This document shows positions 20,201 through 27,245 of a DNA stretch of 64,000 nt, piece after piece (position 1 is the first letter of the stretch; each line of letters begins with the position of its first letter). The stretch covers positions 8,318 through 72,317 of the forward strand of contig DAGH01000021.1 in the NCBI GenBank assembly GCA_002495675.1. Reading direction: 5' to 3'. This DNA comes from Euryarchaeota archaeon UBA182 (lineage in GTDB: Archaea; Thermoplasmatota; Poseidoniia; Poseidoniales; Thalassarchaeaceae). A program made the translations under genes and the position numbers. Under the pieces are notes generated by a model. The model was not told where the DNA came from. It did no database searches and saw only the letters and a program-made list of their open reading frames with translations.

Positions 20201-22956
20201 GGGGAATCAACCCTCTGAATGGATCTGATGCATTCCAAAATCCAGATGGCGATGGCTATGATGTAAATGGAGACGGAAACCTCTCGATCGAAGAGCAATT
20301 TGTCAATTGGTTCGAGTATCACCTGAGAACGGAGATTCTGGTTGGGGGAGCGTGGTCTTTCTCTGAGATCCTCCCAGAAAATTTGGTGACATGGCTATTC
20401 AATTCTTCAGATGAAATAAGCGATCCACAAGGTTCATTTGGTGATTTAGCAAGCACCGAGGTGATCAGCCTTTTGACAGGAATTACCGAACTTGATGTTG
20501 GCTCCTCAGATCCAGTTTCTTCGGACACTGACTCAGATGGCATGCCAGATGGGTGGGAGGCTTACCATGCAAGATGGTCTGTTTTTGAGGATAAATGGAC
20601 ACTCAATCCTGTTAACGGTGATGATGATGTAGGTGATCCAGATGGAGATGGTTTGACTAATTGGGAGGAGTACAACTCAATCCAAGGTAACATGAGCGAA
20701 ATTGACCCACTCATCACAGCGCCCCAATTCTATCTCCTGAACAGCGGGGGAGATTGGCTCCCAACACCTTGGTTGACCGCAGACTCAACGGCGTCCTTTG
20801 GAGAATCGGCGAGACTGTTGCACCCAGACAGCCCGATTACAGCGGATCCAAATAATCCCGACACTGATGGTGACGGGTTGCTAGATGGGGTTGAGATGAT
20901 TTTTACAAAGTGGAATTATGAGGAGGAAACATGGACATTGAACCCACTGGTACCATCTGACGGATACTACGACTCAGATCGCGATGGCCTCACTGACTTG
21001 ATCGAATTGAACTTGACTAATACAAATCCCGAGAACGGTGCCCTAGCCCCTCCTGACGCTCCAAGGTTCCATGAAGAGGCATCGTCATTGGACGCACTTG
21101 AGTCAATGAATAGGGTGTACAGAGTCTTGTTTACCAAACAAGGCAGGGCACATATCGCAATTTCGCAATTCAACGAATGGCAGTCAGATGGCTTCATGAG
21201 GCCCTTATTGGCATCACTTGTTGGGGTATCCGATCCAAGTGAACAAGATACTGATCGCGATGGAATGAGTGATGGGTACGAATACTGGTTTACTGAGTGG
21301 GATCTAGAGGCAAATGAGTGGACCATCAATCCTCTGACTTCTACTGACATATATCGTGACTCTGATAGAGATTCATGGGATTGCAATGGGGATGGTACGA
21401 TCTCTCCCTCAGAGTCTTTCACTAATCTGGCGGAATATGAATCTCGAATCTATGGCAAGCTCCTCGCTGTCGACACCATACCTTCAGGATTGGGTACAGT
21501 CTCGTATGGCAATGATGCCATCAATGCTCTCAGGTTTGAGGGCGAGCTTTCAGAGGATGAGGCAATAGAAAGCCTCTATGACACCTTCTCTAGTAAGTCA
21601 GATCAATCCCTAGAAAGGATGGGCCTCATCAATCAATTTGATCCAGATAGCTTTAACCGAACCCTCCTTGGAATAAGCGACCCAACTAACGACGATTCTG
21701 ACATGGACGGCCTCCCGGATGGTTGGGAATATTGTTATTCTATCTTTGGACATTGGTTGCCCTTGCCAGAAACGCAATTGAGATGGTCATTAAACCCATT
21801 GAACCCGCTGGATGGCTCATACGATCCCGATTCAGATGGATGGTATGACAGGACGACCTCAGACGTAGCTGCTACTCAGGGAACTTGGGATAATCGAGTT
21901 TTCCAACCCTCAAATCTATCAGATCAGATCGACGCGGGCCCAACACCATTACTATTCACAAATCTGATGGAATACAGAAATGGTACATTGCCTCTATCTA
22001 ACGACACTGATCGAGATTCTCTCCTCATGGAACCAGAATTTTCTGTGACTGGTTCCGTAATCTCTTACAACAAAAACTACAATCTTTCAGATGGAAGAGA
22101 GATCCTGAAATACGGGACAAACCCGTTGGACAATGACACCGACGGCGATATGTTGCCTGATTTCTATGAGTATCATCTTGGTTGGAATGAAATGAATGAC
22201 AACTGGTCCTCATTGATGCAAATTGAGGTTGTCTGGCAACAAATCTCCTCCAACAGTTGGAAACCTGTAAACATAAATGGTGGCTCAATCATGAGGCCAA
22301 TCCTGAATTGGACATGGTTCACCCTAGATCCAACTGATCCTACCGACGTAGGTGGCGATGCTGACAAGGATGGCGATTATGAGTGTAATTTGGGGGGCTG
22401 TCAATACATCCCATATACGAATTTTCAAGAGTATTTTGGCATAGTAAATGCAACGCTGTCTTCACCGGCACTCGTAAGAGCGGCTCCCCTCGTTGATTGC
22501 AGAGGAAATGAAGTCGAGGAAGGATGGCAATTTAGAGAAGTAATCCTGGGTCTTTGTGGAAATGGCGGATCATTATCCACAAATTATCTCCGAATGAACA
22601 GGATAAGTCAGACCGACAACTTGTATGCGTTAATCATAGATGATAACGACCAAGACTACACTCAGATAGACACCTCTAATGACAATGTGATCATGAGTGG
22701 AAATTGGACCGACTCGTTCCAGAGATTTGCTGGCGATCAGTTCCATCTTCCGAACACCGGACTAGGCGAGTATCCATATGGTTGGTGGCTACTTGATCAC
22801 GATGGGGATTCAATCGCTGAGGGCACTAGCCCAACAAACTGGGACACTGATGGAGATTGGTTGAATGACAGGTTCGAAATTGCCGATGATCTCCTCGATG
22901 GCATACGAGGCAATTCAGGCTCGCCCATAAGATATGACGATAGAACAGTACCCTGA
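17212..22956 (+). CDS. Giant secreted protein with multiple thrombospondin-type-3-like calcium-binding repeats flanking a central repeat-free (possibly beta-propeller) region
   Basis: ORF track gives 17140..22956. I place the start at ATG 17212 because MRRKQTAAFLAIIMLSSVLFLSQ reads as a signal peptide. By eye there are about 13 close matches to D-x-D-x-D-G-x-x-D-x-x-E (DTDGDGLPDGFE, DSDYDGMPDGWE, DSDGDGLSDGEE, DTDGDGMPDGWE, DTDSDGMPDGWE, DTDGDGLLDGVE, DSDMDGLPDGWE, DTDGDWLNDRFE and others) plus roughly 10 degenerate copies. No C-terminal TM is visible. Confidence 0.75.
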   Translation: MRRKQTAAFLAIIMLSSVLFLSQTRPQSPVGTTNPEEAIGGAPIAVDTDEDLIPDVHESAFSEPLRIATLEGDFTVTGLDPLDSTDNLSDYDRDGASALQEFCWPYSLESCFTTRLSLTGKSPEETESGFREYLDPRRSDTDGDGLPDGFEISMCTDGGAGYIDQASTAWVCLHFDPLDPRDAIEDPDQCLGLLEWGCGDGYDFDRDGILEPGERFTSSEEYRYAQPDGWIDERDGLWCQGPIPGITEGACQSMMESETGLPGWLGSDPRYPDSDTFAIVDGVPTPLAVSGDGITDGWEHHYGLDPRNASDAILDSDQDGWDSNRDGIVAPDNSIATSMWGEALSNYEEFKISQDDGYSVRPGLYLSSVERPLDADFLTETSQPRISDSAIVGTHVSENQGIVVIASKNGVTILDPLSYTTQIFDQPVPGTISDSLLISLADNSVALVLTSNLGIGAFQLTQEGLNLDSSIFLQSDPILSANPLSTSMGPGALLIFGKDGNVHTTRVNVDQGAISIENPTTVEVLEQTLRSRNATGSISLHVDRPGDTPLLLVGTDAGLIRWTTNDLSDTFGSPIWVYTRDNAETFVGIADLLNSSKSAVVNLLEPAGILTSNGQIGQVTGVWLGTPSGIHFIDLEDLIFDPLFAISNDRMFNPEAWLSGGNDVLSIEQIPGMLLVGSRDGLWALEGDGSGILGMIEPPVTMQGPISDVVSWISDGEQWIASGVESGQYMNIHPIDPTSPDSDYDGMPDGWEFYHGLDPTDPFDAPRDEDTDGFDVDGPFGFEAPWTNLDEFRYISISENGSNGTDPRLVDSDGDGLSDGEEYWGWFYDSTLFQCHYLSTGGPGTPQQICDESDGILARQVHLAGWLNSGSGGGTDVPTDPTNPDTDGDGMPDGWEVKNRRWIGVDYTGGNLWTLDPLDPSDANKDADGDGLTNACEYRWSVLLETVRENGLTTHGESAQSAASWVATDPNLIDSDGDSLPDGWEARYACSWNLNNRGINPLNGSDAFQNPDGDGYDVNGDGNLSIEEQFVNWFEYHLRTEILVGGAWSFSEILPENLVTWLFNSSDEISDPQGSFGDLASTEVISLLTGITELDVGSSDPVSSDTDSDGMPDGWEAYHARWSVFEDKWTLNPVNGDDDVGDPDGDGLTNWEEYNSIQGNMSEIDPLITAPQFYLLNSGGDWLPTPWLTADSTASFGESARLLHPDSPITADPNNPDTDGDGLLDGVEMIFTKWNYEEETWTLNPLVPSDGYYDSDRDGLTDLIELNLTNTNPENGALAPPDAPRFHEEASSLDALESMNRVYRVLFTKQGRAHIAISQFNEWQSDGFMRPLLASLVGVSDPSEQDTDRDGMSDGYEYWFTEWDLEANEWTINPLTSTDIYRDSDRDSWDCNGDGTISPSESFTNLAEYESRIYGKLLAVDTIPSGLGTVSYGNDAINALRFEGELSEDEAIESLYDTFSSKSDQSLERMGLINQFDPDSFNRTLLGISDPTNDDSDMDGLPDGWEYCYSIFGHWLPLPETQLRWSLNPLNPLDGSYDPDSDGWYDRTTSDVAATQGTWDNRVFQPSNLSDQIDAGPTPLLFTNLMEYRNGTLPLSNDTDRDSLLMEPEFSVTGSVISYNKNYNLSDGREILKYGTNPLDNDTDGDMLPDFYEYHLGWNEMNDNWSSLMQIEVVWQQISSNSWKPVNINGGSIMRPILNWTWFTLDPTDPTDVGGDADKDGDYECNLGGCQYIPYTNFQEYFGIVNATLSSPALVRAAPLVDCRGNEVEEGWQFREVILGLCGNGGSLSTNYLRMNRISQTDNLYALIIDDNDQDYTQIDTSNDNVIMSGNWTDSFQRFAGDQFHLPNTGLGEYPYGWWLLDHDGDSIAEGTSPTNWDTDGDWLNDRFEIADDLLDGIRGNSGSPIRYDDRTVP
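17629..22878 (+). repeat. Dispersed in-frame array of TSP3-like Asp-rich repeats (12-aa core, often followed by W/Y-x-LDP/LNP)
   Basis: The first copy is at 17629-17664 (DTDGDGLPDGFE). Further examples are at 19432-19467 (DSDYDGMPDGWE) and 22843-22878 (DTDGDWLNDRFE). DNA copies are only partly similar (e.g. gatggcatgccagatgggtgggag vs gatgggatgccagatggatgggag). Confidence 0.7.
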
Positions 22957-23437
22957 GGTGTCATTCTTGGACGATTCTGCTAAGATTCCAAGTCCCCAGC
23001 AACCGTTGGAGGAAAGAATCCTCTTCATACAGGAGAACATGGTCTCGTTCGTCAAACAATACAACATGCCCATCGTTGAAGTGGCATTGGTGATCTCAAA
23101 ATACATCAGGATCCTACTCGAGAAGCTACAGGAAATTGCAAATGATTCAGATGAGGAACTACCTTCGCATTTACTTTCCCCCACCCCATTCGACGGGGAC
23201 ATAAAGCCACCATTGATCGACTCATTTCCATTGGAAAGACTTCTGGATTCGCTGGATGAAGACAGGATGGACATCCTAGACACATTGATGAGAACCGCAA
23301 TCAACGCCGTAGAGGCCCCTTTTTCATCTGCACTAGCCCTATTTCGCGATTGGGAGATGCTAATCAGGACGCAGTTGTCAGAGTCTAGGAGCCCAGGGCA
23401 CTTATTCAGCCCAATGAAATTTCCTGAGGATTTCTGA
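22934..23437 (+). CDS. Hypothetical acidic protein
   Basis: 167-aa ORF overlapping the last 23 nt of the TSP3 giant gene. It is rich in D/E/L and has no recognisable motif. An alternative start is the MVSFVKQ methionine. Confidence 0.4.
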   Translation: MTIEQYPEVSFLDDSAKIPSPQQPLEERILFIQENMVSFVKQYNMPIVEVALVISKYIRILLEKLQEIANDSDEELPSHLLSPTPFDGDIKPPLIDSFPLERLLDSLDEDRMDILDTLMRTAINAVEAPFSSALALFRDWEMLIRTQLSESRSPGHLFSPMKFPEDF

Positions 23438-23439
23438 GG

Positions 23440-23775
23440 TCAATTCGACCGCCCAGAAACAATCCCGTTCGAGACCCACCAAGAATCAATGATGGACCAA
23501 GCGTAGATTAGTGGCCAAAGCACTATAGTCAGAAGAAGTGGGAGTTGGAGGATGAACCACCACGCTCCTTTTCTGTGCTGCCTGTTGAAATGTTGCCCGA
23601 GGTACAGGAAGGGCACGATCGCCAGCAAAATCGAGAACGCAGGCCGCAGGGCCCCCCATGGACCTATTCCCCCGCTGAGCTCATTCCAAATCGCTCTCAA
23701 AACACCTAAGGGGGTGGCCCTAGCAGGAGGCTTCGAGTCGACACTAACGGTGAGCTCGGTTGGGACCATGGTCAT
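23440..23775 (-). CDS. Hypothetical small membrane protein
   Basis: 111-aa ORF with two hydrophobic helices (PAFSILLAIVPFLYLG; FILQLPLLLTIVLWPLIYAW). It does not overlap any other gene. Confidence 0.45.
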   Translation of the reverse strand: MTMVPTELTVSVDSKPPARATPLGVLRAIWNELSGGIGPWGALRPAFSILLAIVPFLYLGQHFNRQHRKGAWWFILQLPLLLTIVLWPLIYAWSIIDSWWVSNGIVSGRSN

Positions 23776-23860
23776 CGAGAAGTCTCATTCAACAAATAAT
23801 TGATCCTATTTTTTTGCGGGAGGGACTATCCTGGACAACAACCAAAATGACAGAAAAATA

Positions 23861-24823
23861 TTGGTGACTGGATTTGAGCCCTTCGACGGAATGACCTCTA
23901 ATCACTCTTGGGATGTCGCCAAGGCCTCCGCAGCGGGGTCCATGGCCAACTTCTTGACCACCAAGATTCTATCTGTAGACGAAGCCGGCTCATTGCAACC
24001 AAGTAAGGAGATTCTATCGGGATCCTTCACCGGGGCACTACTGCTTGGTGTCGCGTACGAAAGATCTGATGTCTGTATCGAAATCCGAGCTGAGAACAAA
24101 TTGGATATGAAAAAAGAAGATAATTCTGGGAGGAAAATACACGGGATTGTTGAGGACGAGGCCCAGAATCACCTTGAAACGACTTACAGCAGGCATCTAT
24201 TGGATGAATTGGTAGAAGAGCATGATGATCTAAAAATAAGTCATGATTGCGGCAATTTTGTCTGCAATGAGACGTATTTTCGAACTTTATCGACGGAAAT
24301 AAAAAACAGGGAAGGAGGTGAGAAGATCCCCATCTTATTTGTCCATTTACCACCAATCGAGAGAATTTCGTTTGATAGACAGGTTATTTTGGTGAGAACA
24401 TTGTTGAAAAGTATGATTTCCATCCCCAAGATGGACGTCGTGGGGGCGTTGATCAGAGATGAACTGGGAAGAGTCCTAGCCTGCAGAAGACCCCCGAAGG
24501 ATCAATGGTCTGGATACTGGGAATTTCCTGGAGGGAAAATCGCTGAGGGCGAGTCTGAACGTGCCGCTGTGGAAAGAGAGATTCTAGAGGAGTTGAGCAT
24601 ATCTGTTTCTGCCATGGACGAAGTTGCCAGAATTTCCCACAGATATGAGGACAGGATAGTGGATCTGAGGATTATTGATTGTGGCGTCGTCGATCCAAAT
24701 TCGATAATTCTCATGGAACATGATATGTCAAGATGGTTGGAGAAGGATGAATTAGATGATGTGAACTGGCTGCCCGCAGATCTACCAATTATCACAGAAT
24801 GGATGAATGAAGGCATACCTTGA
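23861..24823 (+). CDS. Fusion protein: pyroglutamyl-peptidase I (C15)-like N-terminal domain plus NUDIX hydrolase (MutT-like) C-terminal domain
   Basis: 320 aa with a TTG/GTG start. The N-terminus VTGFEPFDG...NHSW matches the Pcp start. Candidate triad residues are IEIRAEN (Glu), CGNFVCNE (Cys codon 24263-24265) and LFVHLPP (His). The C-terminal Nudix box is GGKIAEGESERAAVEREILEELSI (24530-24601), preceded by YWEFPGG. Confidence 0.75.
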   Translation: MVTGFEPFDGMTSNHSWDVAKASAAGSMANFLTTKILSVDEAGSLQPSKEILSGSFTGALLLGVAYERSDVCIEIRAENKLDMKKEDNSGRKIHGIVEDEAQNHLETTYSRHLLDELVEEHDDLKISHDCGNFVCNETYFRTLSTEIKNREGGEKIPILFVHLPPIERISFDRQVILVRTLLKSMISIPKMDVVGALIRDELGRVLACRRPPKDQWSGYWEFPGGKIAEGESERAAVEREILEELSISVSAMDEVARISHRYEDRIVDLRIIDCGVVDPNSIILMEHDMSRWLEKDELDDVNWLPADLPIITEWMNEGIP

Positions 24824-24824
24824 G

Positions 24825-25313
24825 CTATTTCCTTCGTTTCGAGACCCAGACAGACGAGCTTCCATCCTCCTTCATAGAAGAGTCATCGTTCGGGTATCGA
24901 GGATATTCTTCTCTCCCTTGGTGATACGTGAGTTCAGTGAGGTAGAGATCCAGATTTTCATGTGTGACAGTCACATCAATGCATCCTCCCACTGGTGGTT
25001 CCTCTAAGACGAAGGAGCACCTTCCTACGCTTGCAGCTTGCCTTGATAGTGAAAAATGGGTTGTATTGCCCTCAGAGTGCAGCGTCATTGCATCCAACGC
25101 AGTGTCCAAAATTCTGTGCTTCCTACAATTTTCAATTATTCCATCGAGGCTCCCTACATCAGATATCATCCTAGTGGGGGTTGAATCTGAAGGGAATTTA
25201 TTCCTAGGTGGAATTTCCCCTGGATGCCAATCTGGAAAGAATTGTCGAGTCGCGACCACAACTAATTCTGGATGTTCGTGAGGAAGAAGAGTGGTTGCTA
25301 CGACGATCCTCAT
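24825..25313 (-). CDS. Hypothetical protein
   Basis: ORF track gives 24825..25427. I trimmed the start to MRIVVATTLL to avoid overlap with the divergent gene. I could not assign a family. Confidence 0.4.
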   Translation of the reverse strand: MRIVVATTLLPHEHPELVVVATRQFFPDWHPGEIPPRNKFPSDSTPTRMISDVGSLDGIIENCRKHRILDTALDAMTLHSEGNTTHFSLSRQAASVGRCSFVLEEPPVGGCIDVTVTHENLDLYLTELTYHQGREEYPRYPNDDSSMKEDGSSSVWVSKRRK

Positions 25314-25378
25314 GAAAACACCAGAGCACATGATGTACATCATATCTACCGTCAACAAGTCACATTCATTGCAATGAA

Positions 25379-26059
25379 GTGTCACGGATGACCATGGCCA
25401 ACAGATCCTTTCCGGTTTCAGTAGCATTGCTGTTCACACCCACAATTATTCTGCTGGCAATCAGAATGATATTGCCCACGGTCGATTCTATTTTAGATTC
25501 GGATAGAAATAGCACGATGATACTCCACGGAAGCGCATTTTTCATCGGAATTTTATTGCTGTTTAGGGGCAATAAAAGCAAGGACCATGAATATCTGAGA
25601 TCGAGTGCAATTAACAGACTCAACAAAATTTACAATCAGGAGGACGCAGGCTTATGGTCGAGAGCGGATGAAGCGTTGGCAAAGCTTGAGACAAGGAAAA
25701 CTAGGGGAAGGAAAATGAATATTCCCGCTAAAGTATCCAGCATCAACAAGGAATCTATCGAACTCGACATAGGAGAGAAAGAGCCAGTTGACATTAGGGT
25801 AGGCGGAGTGAATCTCGCTTTCGACGCAGGATACGGGAATAATGAGAAAGGGGCTCAACGAATCCCTGAGGAGCCGGCTAAAACACGGGGTTTATTCGGG
25901 TGGGTGGACAGGCGGGCAGAAAAAATAGCCACCAAGAGGGCCAAGAGAGGAAAAATCAAGGCTGAGGTGGATGCGAAGGTCCCTGGTGTGTGCAGAGTCT
26001 GTGGAATACCCCAGAATGAGAGTGGGGCTAATTGTGCATATTGTGGAGCAAGTAAGTAA
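25379..26059 (+). CDS. Hypothetical membrane protein with C-terminal zinc ribbon
   Basis: 226 aa with two N-terminal hydrophobic helices (FPVSVALLFTPTIILLAIRMIL; SAFFIGILLLF), a basic linker, and a C-terminal CRVCGIPQNESGANCAYCG (CxxC-x10-CxxC). Confidence 0.55.
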   Translation: MSRMTMANRSFPVSVALLFTPTIILLAIRMILPTVDSILDSDRNSTMILHGSAFFIGILLLFRGNKSKDHEYLRSSAINRLNKIYNQEDAGLWSRADEALAKLETRKTRGRKMNIPAKVSSINKESIELDIGEKEPVDIRVGGVNLAFDAGYGNNEKGAQRIPEEPAKTRGLFGWVDRRAEKIATKRAKRGKIKAEVDAKVPGVCRVCGIPQNESGANCAYCGASK

Positions 26060-26111
26060 AGCCTGCGTCGGATTGAAAGAGAACCCCCCTGAGCAATAGT
26101 ACGGGGTTCGC

Positions 26112-27245
26112 ATGGCAAAGAGGGACTACTACGAGGTTCTAGGACTTGATCGTAATGCGAGTTCAGATGATATAAAAAGAGCATTCCGATCATTAGCAAG
26201 AAAATTTCACCCGGATAAGAACCCTGACGATCCCGACTCGGAATCCAAATTCAAAGAAGTACAAGAAGCATATGCAATTCTATCCAATCCGGATGAGAAA
26301 TCGAAGTACGATAGATATGGTCACAACAGGCCAGGGGGGAACCCATTTGGCCCCGATGGCTTCCAAGGAGTTGACATCAACATCGAAGATCTATTCGGAG
26401 GAGGTTTTGAGAGTATCTTCGGAAGTATTTTCGGAGGACGCAGGTCTAGTCGGAGTGAGAGAGGTTCGGACCTTCTATACAGACACTCCATATCATTCGA
26501 AGAGGCCTTCTCGGGTTTAGATGCTGATATTGATATCGAAGTCATGTCTATTTGCGAGTCATGTGATGGCTCAGGGGCCCTGACTCCCGATGATGTAGAA
26601 GTCTGTGCTACCTGTGAGGGCCATGGCCGACTCAGAAGAATGCAAAGGGTGGGCCCATTTACACAGCAAGTCGTTTCAGATTGCCCTGCTTGCAATGGAA
26701 AAGGGAGCACAATCGCGAGGAGCTGCACATCCTGCAGGGGGAACGGCCGGGTAAACAAAAACAAGAAGGTTAGGTTCTCCATACCTCCGGGTATTGAGTC
26801 CGGGACCCGCTTGAGGATGAGCGGGTATGGTGAGGCTTCAAGGGATGCCAAGGGCCCCTCTGGCCACTTATACATCGAAATATCTCACAAGAGCCACAAG
26901 TGGTTTGAAAGGGATGGTAGCGACCTCTTGATGGCCCTACCAATCAACTTCGTTGATTTAACCCTTGGATGCGAACTTGAATTGCCCCACATAGACGGTG
27001 AAGATCTGAAAATCAGGGTCCCAAAAGGGTCAATGCCTGGAGACACTGTATCGATCAAAGGGAGGGGGTTCCCAAACAACCGTCGCACTGGTAGGGGGGA
27101 TGTCACTGTGGTTTTGAGGTTGAAATCCGCAGGGAAAATATCAAGGAAGGCTAAAAAGGTCCTTGAAGAGCTAAGAGAATTGATAGATGATGGTAAGGAA
27201 ACCCAGGAATCGGCAATAGATGAAGCAAAACGAAGACGGAGGTAA
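26112..27245 (+). CDS. dnaJ: Molecular chaperone DnaJ (Hsp40, type I)
   Basis: J domain KRDYYEVLGLDRNASSDDIKRAFRSLARKFHPDKNP with the HPD motif, a G/F-rich linker, and four CxxCxGxG repeats (CESCDGSG, CATCEGHG, CPACNGKG, CTSCRGNG). Confidence 0.95.
   Translation: MAKRDYYEVLGLDRNASSDDIKRAFRSLARKFHPDKNPDDPDSESKFKEVQEAYAILSNPDEKSKYDRYGHNRPGGNPFGPDGFQGVDINIEDLFGGGFESIFGSIFGGRRSSRSERGSDLLYRHSISFEEAFSGLDADIDIEVMSICESCDGSGALTPDDVEVCATCEGHGRLRRMQRVGPFTQQVVSDCPACNGKGSTIARSCTSCRGNGRVNKNKKVRFSIPPGIESGTRLRMSGYGEASRDAKGPSGHLYIEISHKSHKWFERDGSDLLMALPINFVDLTLGCELELPHIDGEDLKIRVPKGSMPGDTVSIKGRGFPNNRRTGRGDVTVVLRLKSAGKISRKAKKVLEELRELIDDGKETQESAIDEAKRRRR

Noticed and set aside
17629-22878. Possibility that the recurring ~36-nt Asp-rich units are a CRISPR-like or tandem DNA repeat array
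   Set aside because: The units are in-frame within one ORF, irregularly spaced and only partially identical at the DNA level, and they encode a known type of Ca-binding protein motif. No direct-repeat/spacer periodicity exists anywhere in the window.
24825-25313. Idea that the 162-200-aa protein is a 2H phosphoesterase/LigT because of THFSL and THENL strings
   Set aside because: The two H-x-(T/S)-x motifs are not in the expected context or spacing, and the first canonical motif is missing, so the gene is left as hypothetical.
26321-26875. 184-aa ORF antisense to dnaJ, and similarly 42872..43402 antisense to gap
   Set aside because: Both host genes are unambiguous conserved genes, and the antisense translations have no motifs.
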